64,000 nucleotides of DNA from a virus. The stretch lies in the IMG/VR virus record IMGVR_UViG_3300037336_000025, positions 122,313 to 186,312 of that record; one strand, 5' to 3'. Below, piece after piece: positions 31,033-39,920 of this stretch. A model generated the notes under the pieces. It did no database searches and was not told the origin of the DNA. It saw only the letters and a program-made list of their open reading frames with translations. How positions within the stretch are numbered: position 1 is the first letter of the stretch; each line of letters opens with the position of its first letter. The translations under genes and the position numbers were made by a program.

Positions 31033-32208
31033 ATGCTATCATCACCTCGCTACATCGAAGACATTTTTTCTGATTTTTATCACGCCTCTATTTTTGACAT
31101 AGACATCCAGCATCAAGATCAAAGTGCTAGCCAAAGTTTCTATGCGTCTATCTTAGACAGTAAACCGTTGACTCAGAATCAAGCAAACTTCTTGCTAAAG
31201 ATACTAGACAAGTATAAAGTAGTAATGGCACGGCACGGCCTTGATTATCAAGACGATATCAAAACACCAAAGTGGAAAAGTCCTTTTAGGATTATTGATC
31301 TAACCAAAAGCATTTGGGTTGAGCAAGATGAGCACACGGTCCCTGTGGTTTGTATGAAATTTCCTTACCAGATCAAAGCTGCATTTGAATCTGAATTTAG
31401 AGATTTAGTTAATGGCACTTGGGATCACGAAAGGAAGATGCGCCGTGTGTCAATTTATAAATGTAACTTAATCCAACTGCATGACTTTTCTGTAAAACAC
31501 AATTTTGAAATTGACGATACCTTGCTAATAGCACTAGGTGAAGTTGAAGAAATTTGGGCTGCTCCTGAAGAGATTTCACCAGCATCTGCCTTAATTGCAG
31601 ATTGGGTAACCTTACTGAACTCTAGTAATGAAACTAATTTATGGTGGAACGAACACTGCACAGGAAACTACTCAAAAGATCTAATGTTGGCAAAGAGTAT
31701 GGGCTATTGCTACGAGGGCATGCCGTTTAGCACTGTTGAGAAGATTGCAGCATCGCAGTCTAATGCGTTTTGGATTAAAACTAATAAAGAGCTACTGGAC
31801 CTGCACCATCGAGTAGGCGGCAAGATGTGCATTGTGCTGGATCGTGTAAGTGATACTATTAATTGGTTAACAAAATTTGCAGAAGATATTGATCGGTCGG
31901 ATATTAATCGCAACAAAGTTAGAGTTTGTTTCAGAGCAGAAAAAGGAGCAAAGACTGACATAAATGAGTGGATTAAAGATAATGGTTTCGGCGGCAAGGT
32001 TGAAGATGGTGACATTTTAATCTTTGAACAAAAGCCGGCAAAGTGGTTGTTTAAAGAACAAGATTCTGTTACACTATTAGTTACAAACAACATTTATCCG
32101 CCTACAAGCATGATAGCAAAGGATTGGTTCAATACTCATCCTTGCGTAATTTTCCTAGGCGATATTAAGCCATCAGAACAAAAAGGACAACCAATTGTCG
32201 AGCTGTAA
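31033..32208 (+). CDS. Hypothetical protein upstream of uvsW
   Basis: Long clean ORF overlapping the uvsW start. Confidence 0.65.
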   Translation: MLSSPRYIEDIFSDFYHASIFDIDIQHQDQSASQSFYASILDSKPLTQNQANFLLKILDKYKVVMARHGLDYQDDIKTPKWKSPFRIIDLTKSIWVEQDEHTVPVVCMKFPYQIKAAFESEFRDLVNGTWDHERKMRRVSIYKCNLIQLHDFSVKHNFEIDDTLLIALGEVEEIWAAPEEISPASALIADWVTLLNSSNETNLWWNEHCTGNYSKDLMLAKSMGYCYEGMPFSTVEKIAASQSNAFWIKTNKELLDLHHRVGGKMCIVLDRVSDTINWLTKFAEDIDRSDINRNKVRVCFRAEKGAKTDINEWIKDNGFGGKVEDGDILIFEQKPAKWLFKEQDSVTLLVTNNIYPPTSMIAKDWFNTHPCVIFLGDIKPSEQKGQPIVEL

Positions 32209-33649
32209 ACTTACAATCAGAGACGAAGTAAACATTAAGGTAGACGGACTTAGCGTAGAGACACGACGTAAGATTGTCAACAAATTAAAATTTGAGCTGC
32301 CATATGCACGACATATGCCGTCATATAAATTAGGAAGATGGGATGGAACTAAAACCTATTTCAGTATTGGTGGTACTGGTTATCTTGCACATTTGGATGT
32401 TATACTACCTATTATAGAAGAAGCCGGATACGAAATTGAAGTAGAAGATCTACGTGAACATCATGAACTAAAATTTCCACAGATTGATGGGAACTATTGG
32501 GCCGATCGAGGTAAGACTTGGCCTAAAGGACATATAGCAGCAGGACAACCAGTTGTACTTCGAGACTATCAATTTGATGTAGTTAATAAGTTCTGCGAGA
32601 ATCCGCAAGCATTGCAAGAAGTTGCAACTGGCGCAGGCAAGACGCTTACCACAGCAACATTAAGTCATTTGTGCGAGCCATATGGTCGAACTATGGTTAT
32701 TGTTCCTAACAAAAGTCTCGTTGTGCAGACTGAAGAAGATTATAAGAACTTAGGTCTAGACGTTGGAGTGTACTTCGGCGATAGAAAAGAACTAGGAAGA
32801 ATGCATACTATATGTACATGGCAAAGTCTAAATGTGCTTGATAAGAAAAGCTACGATACCGCAGTATTGAGCCTAGCTGAATTTATTGAAGGCGTGGTTG
32901 CAATTATCATTGACGAAGTACACCAAGCTAAAGCAGAAGTTCTAACAAAACTACTAACTGTTAACTTTAAAAATTGTGCTATTCGTTGGGGATTGACCGG
33001 TACAGTACCTAAGGAAGCATTTGAGTTTCAAGGCATCCTTGCAGCTATTGGTCCAGTTATTAATCGAGTATCTGCACACGACTTACAAGAAAAAGGTGTG
33101 TTAGCACAACTAAACATTAATGTATTACAGACTAACGAAGTAGAAGTGTTTAGAAGTTTCTCAGACGAATATACCTTCTTAGTTACGGACGATAGTCGAT
33201 TGACCTGGATGGCAAATAAAATTAAAGAGCTGTCGTTGACTGGCAATACTCTAGTATTAATCAATCGTATCGATACTGGTAAGCAACTAATTGAAAGAAT
33301 ACCAGAAGCCGTCTTTGTCAGCGGCGGTATGAAATTAGATGATAGGAAAGAATCATATGATGAAATTAAAACAAGTACTAATAAGATTATTGTGGCGACT
33401 TATGGTGTGGCCGCTGTGGGCATTAATATTCCTAGGATTTTTAATCTGGTTCTTTTGGAACCCGGAAAGAGCTTTGTTAGGGTTATCCAGTCTATTGGAC
33501 GCGGTATTAGGAAAGCGGAAGACAAAGACCATGTAGAAATTTGGGATATTACATCAGCTTGCAAATACAGCAAGAGACATTTGACAGAAAGAAAAAAGTT
33601 TTATAAGGATGCACAGTATCCTTTTACAATTACCAAGGTAACTAGATGA
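32195..33649 (+). CDS. uvsW: SF2 DNA helicase UvsW
   Basis: LRDYQ, ATGAGKT, IIDEVH, GLTGT, SIGRGIR. Confidence 0.9.
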   Translation: MSSCKLTIRDEVNIKVDGLSVETRRKIVNKLKFELPYARHMPSYKLGRWDGTKTYFSIGGTGYLAHLDVILPIIEEAGYEIEVEDLREHHELKFPQIDGNYWADRGKTWPKGHIAAGQPVVLRDYQFDVVNKFCENPQALQEVATGAGKTLTTATLSHLCEPYGRTMVIVPNKSLVVQTEEDYKNLGLDVGVYFGDRKELGRMHTICTWQSLNVLDKKSYDTAVLSLAEFIEGVVAIIIDEVHQAKAEVLTKLLTVNFKNCAIRWGLTGTVPKEAFEFQGILAAIGPVINRVSAHDLQEKGVLAQLNINVLQTNEVEVFRSFSDEYTFLVTDDSRLTWMANKIKELSLTGNTLVLINRIDTGKQLIERIPEAVFVSGGMKLDDRKESYDEIKTSTNKIIVATYGVAAVGINIPRIFNLVLLEPGKSFVRVIQSIGRGIRKAEDKDHVEIWDITSACKYSKRHLTERKKFYKDAQYPFTITKVTR

Positions 33650-34152
33650 GAATTTTAACACTAAACAATAGGTCATTTGACCTTAACGACTTACCAGATG
33701 AGGTAGATGAAGATACTAGATTTTCAGTATTAGATAATTCTAATCCTAACGATCCTGACTTCTTTTTCATGCCACTGATCTTTTTAGAATCTTTTAATAG
33801 TCCGGCTATTTTGTTAAATATTGGCGGACACGAAATTCAAATGCCTTTAGATTGGTGCATGGTAGTTGGCGATAAAGAATGTGGGCTTGATCCAGAAGTA
33901 TTGCCATTGACTAGCATTAACGAACGTGGATTTGATGCATTGTGTTTTAATCCGATAAACGGATTTAGAGCAGAGTTTATGCCGATTGAGATTGTAAATA
34001 TATACCAAGACGTAAAATGGTATTTCCCTAAAATGAAAAACGGACACTTGCTTACTGTTCCATTGCATGACGGTCCAAGCCCTCCTTGTGTTTATTTTGT
34101 TAAAGAAATATCAAGGCAAAGTGAAATTGTACAACTAGATAAGGTGATTTAA
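33646..34152 (+). CDS. Hypothetical protein
   Basis: Coupled to uvsW; clean ORF. Confidence 0.6.
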   Translation: MRILTLNNRSFDLNDLPDEVDEDTRFSVLDNSNPNDPDFFFMPLIFLESFNSPAILLNIGGHEIQMPLDWCMVVGDKECGLDPEVLPLTSINERGFDALCFNPINGFRAEFMPIEIVNIYQDVKWYFPKMKNGHLLTVPLHDGPSPPCVYFVKEISRQSEIVQLDKVI

Positions 34153-34367
34153 TGCCTCAATCATATATGGTTGATCACCGGAGAATATCTAGCGAAGTAA
34201 AAACATCACTGCTTCCTAGACGGTGTTATCTCAGTGGAAAAAAATTATGGCTTAAACGGTGTCGAGTAATATATACAATACTAACTGGCCCCGGCGATGC
34301 GATATATGAAACGCATTGGTGCGACCCAGCAGAATTTTTATTATATGAATTAAGGAGAACAAAATGA
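34152..34367 (+). CDS. Hypothetical protein
   Basis: TAATG-coupled 71-aa ORF. Confidence 0.5.
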   Translation: MPQSYMVDHRRISSEVKTSLLPRRCYLSGKKLWLKRCRVIYTILTGPGDAIYETHWCDPAEFLLYELRRTK

Positions 34368-34438
34368 AAGCAGGCAAGGTTTATAAAAGCAGGAAAAATG
34401 CTAAATACTTTTATGAAAGTATACTGGATAAAAAATAA
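34364..34438 (+). pseudogene. Relic 5' end of the cupin gene (MKAGKV...) ahead of a homing endonuclease
   Basis: AAGGAG RBS plus ATG, 24-aa ORF whose start matches RAGKV(WG) of the cupin at 35000. Confidence 0.6.
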
Positions 34439-35000
34439 AGAACATAATGATATAATGACTCAAGGATATATTGGCATAACTGTAACCGAAGGACGTGGCA
34501 ATAGAATCTGGGGTCATTTTAATAAATTACAAAATAAGTCTCATCCTAATCCACATTTACAAAATGCTTACAACTTATATAAAGATTTAGAAGTAGATAT
34601 TATATTTGAAGGCACTGAGGAAGAATGTATTGCCAAAGAAGTTGAGCTGAGACCTACTAAAGAAACAGGTTGGAATATATTAGAAGGTGGTGGCATGCCA
34701 CCGAACCATAACGGAAAACATTGGTTTACTAATGGTAAGAAAAATACTTTAGCAGAAGATTGTCCTATAGGATTTCGATTAGGTAAAACACAAATAGGTG
34801 GCGAGCAACACGGGCACTATAATAAGCCTAAAAAATATAAAACAGTACAAGTTCACTCTTTTGCTGATAGAAACATTCCGTGGAATAAAGGAATTGTCGG
34901 AGACAAAAAAGAACAAATTAGTTGTCCTCATTGTAATAAAAAAGGAGGTAAACCGTCTATGACTAGATGGCATTTTAATAGTTGTAAGGAGAAAAAATAA
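34413..35000 (+). CDS. GIY-YIG homing endonuclease
   Basis: MKVYWI...GYIGIT, R, E, GWN; C-terminal IPWNKG and CPHC. Start at 34413 (TAAATA-N5-ATG). Confidence 0.82.
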   Translation: MKVYWIKNKEHNDIMTQGYIGITVTEGRGNRIWGHFNKLQNKSHPNPHLQNAYNLYKDLEVDIIFEGTEEECIAKEVELRPTKETGWNILEGGGMPPNHNGKHWFTNGKKNTLAEDCPIGFRLGKTQIGGEQHGHYNKPKKYKTVQVHSFADRNIPWNKGIVGDKKEQISCPHCNKKGGKPSMTRWHFNSCKEKK

Positions 35001-35362
35001 TGGGAATTCGCGCTGGTAAAGTATGGGGGGCCACTGAACTCCTCGAAGCAAACGGTGTATTAGAATTTCACCGTATTGAAGCGTCGGCAGGCGGCGTATG
35101 CTCAAAGCATCGACACAAATACAAATGGAATGGCTTCTTTGTAGAGTCAGGTGAAATGATTATTCGAGTGTGGAAGAACAACTACAATCTAATTGACGAA
35201 ACAGTATTAACTGCCGGCCAATATACCAAAGTTGCTCCAGGTGAATATCATCAATTTGAAGCTGTCACTGATTGCATTGCCTTTGAATTATATTGGGCAG
35301 AGTTTGATCATGCCGATATCGAGCGCGAAACAGTAGGACATGCAAAAGATGGGAAGTCTTAA
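35000..35362 (+). CDS. Cupin-domain protein
   Basis: CSKHRHKYKWNGFFVESG...PGEYHQF. Confidence 0.75.
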   Translation: MGIRAGKVWGATELLEANGVLEFHRIEASAGGVCSKHRHKYKWNGFFVESGEMIIRVWKNNYNLIDETVLTAGQYTKVAPGEYHQFEAVTDCIAFELYWAEFDHADIERETVGHAKDGKS

Positions 35363-35636
35363 ACCTGGAGCAACATATATCTACGAGCGTAATGGTGAGG
35401 AAATATATGCTCGCGAGTTCGGCGAAACAGATCGTACATTAGTTGGATACAAATACGAAATGGGAAGAACTCCTGATCCTCGAACAAGTGACGGACGCCC
35501 GCTAATTGATCACATACGAGAAGATAAACTTTGGGGCAGCATTCGGAGAGAAGCAAAGACAAATACAGCTTTACAAGCAGCATTAGACCATGCTATACTA
35601 ATATATCACTTGAGTAAAGACGATGGGCAAAAATAA
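35349..35636 (+). CDS. Hypothetical protein
   Basis: Probable start MGSLKPG; clean ORF. Confidence 0.55.
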   Translation: MGSLKPGATYIYERNGEEIYAREFGETDRTLVGYKYEMGRTPDPRTSDGRPLIDHIREDKLWGSIRREAKTNTALQAALDHAILIYHLSKDDGQK

Positions 35637-36102
35637 ACACGTAGATCTTTTTAATGACATGATTCCTGCTGTTGATCTCGGTATCAAAGAATTGTGGGAC
35701 GCTGCTACTGATGAAGGCAAAAAAGAAATTAAAGGCGACTTCTTCAATCTTACTAGATATATCAGCAGTGTTAAGAGCAATAACAGAGAGCTACAAGAAC
35801 ATTTTGTATTGACTGTCAATGAATTCTACAATAAGAATTGGAATGACATCCAGAAGCATCCTAAGTTAGTATGGCAGACTTTATGTTCGTGTAGTCATGA
35901 AAGCAAGAAGAAACAGTTCCACGAATGGATTCCGTTAAAGAAGCAGAAGAATAAAAAAGTAGCGTTCTTAGCGGAACTGTTTCCCGATATGAAAATGTCG
36001 GACGTTGAAACTATGTCTATAATTACAACCGATAAAGAAGTAAAAGCATACTGTGAGAAACTTGGTTGGGATAAGAAAGAAATCAATGCAATTAAATTTT
36101 AA
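35623..36102 (+). CDS. Possible clamp-loader small subunit (T4 gp62-like)
   Basis: FNLTRYISS, KKQFHEWIP and the helical C-terminus resemble gp62; lies in the replication module. Confidence 0.4.
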   Translation: MGKNKHVDLFNDMIPAVDLGIKELWDAATDEGKKEIKGDFFNLTRYISSVKSNNRELQEHFVLTVNEFYNKNWNDIQKHPKLVWQTLCSCSHESKKKQFHEWIPLKKQKNKKVAFLAELFPDMKMSDVETMSIITTDKEVKAYCEKLGWDKKEINAIKF

Positions 36103-36769
36103 GTGCGAACATTGTGAAAAACTATTTGCTAAAGAAAAGACTTTAGTAGTTCACATCTGCGAACAAAAACGTAGGCATTTAAGCAAGGGCGAGAAACATG
36201 TTCAGATGGGGTTGTTAACATTCCAACGTTTCTACGAGCTTACACAAAAAGCAAAACAGGCAAAGACATTTGATGAATTTGCATCAAGTAGTTTCTATAC
36301 AGCCTTTGTAAAGTTTGGCAGCTTCACTGTTAATACTGCTCCTATCTATCCAGAACGGTTTGTTGACTTTGTTATCAAGAGCGGAGTTAAACTGGATCAC
36401 TGGTGTAGAGACGAATTGTATGACAAATATATTAGCGAGCTTATTAAGATTGAGCCAGCCGATGGTGCAATTCAGCGTACTATAAAAACTATGATGGATT
36501 GGGCTGATGATAATAAATCACAGTGGGAGCATTACTTTGCCTATGTCAATTTAAATAGAGCTACGCATGATATCAAAGAAGGACTGGTCAGTCCTTGGAT
36601 TATATTAAATACCAAAGCTGGTAAAGAGATGCTGAAAGGCATGAATGATGAGCAACTGGCAATTGTAGGGCCAGTTATCGATCCGCAGTTTTGGATGAGA
36701 CGTTTTAAATCTCTGCCAGCAGATACAGAATTAGTTAAAGACGTCATCAAGGAGGCGAAGATATTATAA
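36086..36769 (+). CDS. Hypothetical protein with N-terminal Zn-finger
   Basis: FKCEHCEKLF......HIC; probable start MQLNF. Confidence 0.6.
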   Translation: MQLNFKCEHCEKLFAKEKTLVVHICEQKRRHLSKGEKHVQMGLLTFQRFYELTQKAKQAKTFDEFASSSFYTAFVKFGSFTVNTAPIYPERFVDFVIKSGVKLDHWCRDELYDKYISELIKIEPADGAIQRTIKTMMDWADDNKSQWEHYFAYVNLNRATHDIKEGLVSPWIILNTKAGKEMLKGMNDEQLAIVGPVIDPQFWMRRFKSLPADTELVKDVIKEAKIL

Positions 36770-36993
36770 TGGCAAAACGACCTGAAGAAGAAATTAAAGA
36801 AATAGAGTTAGCTGAAAACGAAACTTTTATTTCAGATGACGACATTGATGTTGAAGTTGTAGTAACTGAAGATACTAACGAAGTTTTTGTAAAGTTTTCT
36901 GGCTTTGCTGACAGCGAGGATGCTGAGGAATACGCACAGTTCCTAGCAGAAACATTACCTTTACTTTTATTCGAAACAACAAGAATACAATAA
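36769..36993 (+). CDS. Hypothetical acidic protein
   Basis: TAATG coupling on both sides. Confidence 0.55.
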   Translation: MAKRPEEEIKEIELAENETFISDDDIDVEVVVTEDTNEVFVKFSGFADSEDAEEYAQFLAETLPLLLFETTRIQ

Positions 36994-37571
36994 TGCCAGA
37001 TATTGATATTGACTTTTTAGATAGAGAACACGCATTAACATTGTTTAAGCACGTTGGTGCTAGTCGTGTTGACAATAACAAACTAGTTAAACATAACACT
37101 GGAGTTTACATGCACGAAGTTCCAGTTGACGCAATTACTGGACTGTGCAGTGTTCCTTATAATGAAGCAGATAACGAAGGATACTTTAAAATTGACTTTC
37201 TTAATGTTGGCATTTACAAAGGTGTAAGAGATGAAACTCATCTTGTAGAATTAATGAACAACGAACCACTATGGGACTTACTAGAGCAGGACGATTTCAG
37301 TAATCTGCTGTTTCATGTAAACGGTCATGGTTCTATTCTGAGATCAATGAAGCCAACTAGTATAGAACAATTAGCGGCAATTTTGGCAATGATCCGGCCT
37401 GCGAAACGTTATCTAATTGGAAAAGATTGGACTACGGTAATGAACGAGGTATGGACAAAGCCAGCGGGCGATGAATACTTCTTTAAGAAGTCCCATGCCA
37501 CTGCATATGCTGTTGCTATTGTGGTGCAGATGAATCTAATCTGTGAAGGAATTAGTTACGGATTTAGTTAA
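36993..37571 (+). CDS. dnaE: Miniature C-family DNA polymerase (DnaE palm/fingers core, 192 aa)
   Basis: PDIDIDF, KHNTGVY, KIDFLNV, PTSIEQLAAILAMIRP and FKKSHATAYA in DnaE order. Confidence 0.8.
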   Translation: MPDIDIDFLDREHALTLFKHVGASRVDNNKLVKHNTGVYMHEVPVDAITGLCSVPYNEADNEGYFKIDFLNVGIYKGVRDETHLVELMNNEPLWDLLEQDDFSNLLFHVNGHGSILRSMKPTSIEQLAAILAMIRPAKRYLIGKDWTTVMNEVWTKPAGDEYFFKKSHATAYAVAIVVQMNLICEGISYGFS

Positions 37572-37939
37572 GTAGGTTTTCTGACTAGAGTAATTGATTT
37601 ACGTTTGATACGTTTTACAATAATATTGTTTAGGCTTGTGCATGGGCCAAACATAACTTTTACATCCTTAGTTGAAAAGTTTTTAATAATATATCGGAAT
37701 CCTGCAATTTCTCTTAACAGAAAAATATTAATAGGAATTTGACGATTTGACTCCCACCACCATGCTTCGCCTAGCTCTAAAAATTGAGTCCGCTCTTCTT
37801 CCGTCTTAATAGAAGTATAAATGTACATACTGGTAACTTGTGCATCTTGATTAATAATAATACCCACGTACTCTTGATTGACGTGGTTAATGACACTAAT
37901 AAATGGGAAGTTTTCTTGTAAGTTTTCTGTTATTCTCAT
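37568..37939 (-). CDS. Hypothetical protein
   Basis: Clean ORF with upstream TATAAT. Confidence 0.6.
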   Translation of the reverse strand: MRITENLQENFPFISVINHVNQEYVGIIINQDAQVTSMYIYTSIKTEEERTQFLELGEAWWWESNRQIPINIFLLREIAGFRYIIKNFSTKDVKVMFGPCTSLNNIIVKRIKRKSITLVRKPT

Positions 37940-37969
37940 TGCTAAATATTATAAAGGGTCCGCTAGTGT

Positions 37970-38785
37970 ATGCAACTTAATTCAGTTTATTTATATTCAA
38001 ATAAGATAGATGTCTTTACAAATGCACTAGCCTCATGGAAAACAGAGAGGTATCGTCAAGTGTATAATCGCAATCTAAAAATATTTCGTAGTGTTGACAA
38101 TCGTATTGATTTACAGGTGCGCAACAGCGACGAAAAGTCTGCAAACATAACTGGGTCAACATTGGTATTTAACCTAGTTACTAGAGACACCAAAGATTTA
38201 ATATTAGCTAAGGACTGTATAGTAGTTGATGCTGCCAAAGGTAAAGTTTATGTTGTTATTACTGAAGCAGAAACATTATCACTTGAATCTGGATTCTACA
38301 ACTTTACTATTACACAAGAAGTTAGAGAAACTGTAGACTCTACAGATTATTACGTAACCGCCCGAACTCCTATGTATATCGATAGCCAGTATGGAGTTAT
38401 TGCTACTCTAGAAGTTAGTGGTGATGTGTTTGGGGATATTGCAGAGACTTTAAAAATTAATAAGTTTGCTCGTATCAATCCAGCGACCACTGGTAACACT
38501 GAGCCTGTTTATATTACCTCGAGCATCATCGATACTAAAAACTACGATACTGCATCTAGTCTACATACGTTACAATTCTATGCATCAGCAGATTACGTAG
38601 GCACAGCTATTGTACAGGGCAGCTTAGCCGAAGGCGGTACCCCAAACGATCTATTATGGACAGACATTGGAGTTGCATTTGATCCTACTACAGACAAGTA
38701 CAAGAACATTGTAGGAAAATGGAGTTTTCTAAGAGTTCGGCACTATCCAACTGCCGGAACACTTGACAAGATATTATATAGATAG
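37970..38785 (+). CDS. Hypothetical beta-rich protein, possibly structural
   Basis: T/S/V-rich Ig/BppU-like character; TAAATA upstream. Confidence 0.55.
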   Translation: MQLNSVYLYSNKIDVFTNALASWKTERYRQVYNRNLKIFRSVDNRIDLQVRNSDEKSANITGSTLVFNLVTRDTKDLILAKDCIVVDAAKGKVYVVITEAETLSLESGFYNFTITQEVRETVDSTDYYVTARTPMYIDSQYGVIATLEVSGDVFGDIAETLKINKFARINPATTGNTEPVYITSSIIDTKNYDTASSLHTLQFYASADYVGTAIVQGSLAEGGTPNDLLWTDIGVAFDPTTDKYKNIVGKWSFLRVRHYPTAGTLDKILYR

Positions 38786-38791
38786 TATACT
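38763..38791 (+). promoter_or_regulatory. sigma70-type promoter, 6 nt before the primase ATG
   Basis: TTGACA-N17-TATACT-N6-ATG38798. Confidence 0.75.
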
Positions 38792-38797
38792 AGTGCT

Positions 38798-39823
38798 ATG
38801 ACACTAGTTGTAGACTTATTCAGAACACTAATTCCTACAAGAGCAAAATCTAGCCCAAGTGGCTGGACTAGCTTTAATGCCCCCTGTTGTGGTCATCGCG
38901 GGCATGCCGCAGACACTCGAAAACGTGGCGGACTACGCTTTGAAAGCGGAGTTAACTTCAACTGCTTCAATTGCAAGTATACTGCTAATTGGAAGCCAGG
39001 TCGTCCAATATCGGATAAATTTAAATCTCTTTGCAAATGGTTAGGTGCACCAGATGATCTAATTAATCAAATGATATTCGAAGCCCTAAAAGCAGAAGCA
39101 CCTACATACGTACACGTTGATTCGCCAAAGAAAGTTGAGTTTACTCCAAAGCCGTTGCCGGAAGGCAGCTTGCTTTTATCAGAATGGATACAGGTTAACG
39201 ATCTCGAAGTAGAAGAAAAGATAGTTCCAGTTATTGACTATTTGTTAGGTAGAGGACTTGATCCGTTAGATAAAAACTTCTATTGGACGCCTGAGCCTGG
39301 ATTTAACAACAGAGTTATTATCCCTTTTAGGTATAAGGGTGCTATTGTTGGAAATACTGCTCGTAAAGTTACACACGGTAGGCCCAAGTATGTGTCCGAT
39401 CAACATCCACATTTTGTATTCAATCTAGACGCACAGAAAGAAGAACATAAGTATGTGTTCGTTCTCGAAGGACCGTTTGATGCACTTAGTGTAGGTGGAG
39501 TAGGTGTACTTACAAATGACATTGCTGAACAGCAAAGAATATTAATTAATGGCCTAGGACAAGAAGTCATTGTAATTCCAGACCAAGACAAAGCAGGACT
39601 TGTTCTAATTACTCGTGCTATCGAATACGGTTGGAGTGTTGCATTTCCTAATTGGGAAGATGACATTAAAGATAGTGCCGACGCGGTACTACGTTATGGC
39701 AAACTGTTTGTGATTGTTGATGCAATCAAGACCGCACAGAGAGGTGAGATTAAAATCACCATGGCAAGAAATAAACTAGAAGCAAAATTAAAAAGGTTAG
39801 AAAATGTTGAAGAAAATAATTGA
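38798..39823 (+). CDS. gp61: DNA primase (T4 gp61-like)
   Basis: Zn-binding APCC...FNCFNC, IIPF, TOPRIM EGPFDAL and PDQD, KDSADAV. Confidence 0.88.
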   Translation: MTLVVDLFRTLIPTRAKSSPSGWTSFNAPCCGHRGHAADTRKRGGLRFESGVNFNCFNCKYTANWKPGRPISDKFKSLCKWLGAPDDLINQMIFEALKAEAPTYVHVDSPKKVEFTPKPLPEGSLLLSEWIQVNDLEVEEKIVPVIDYLLGRGLDPLDKNFYWTPEPGFNNRVIIPFRYKGAIVGNTARKVTHGRPKYVSDQHPHFVFNLDAQKEEHKYVFVLEGPFDALSVGGVGVLTNDIAEQQRILINGLGQEVIVIPDQDKAGLVLITRAIEYGWSVAFPNWEDDIKDSADAVLRYGKLFVIVDAIKTAQRGEIKITMARNKLEAKLKRLENVEENN

Positions 39824-39920
39824 TTTCATCTTATCCCCATACCGAAAGATTAAAGAAGAGAGAGCTTTTAAAAAGCGTCTTGAAGAACTACGTAAACGTG
39901 ATCCATTTATCTACAAATGA
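39804..39920 (+). CDS. Small basic protein (38 aa) missed by the ORF track
   Basis: MLKKIIDFILSPYRKIKEERAFKKRLEELRKRDPFIYK*; fills the gap and overlaps the next ATG (ATGA). Confidence 0.55.
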   Translation: MLKKIIDFILSPYRKIKEERAFKKRLEELRKRDPFIYK

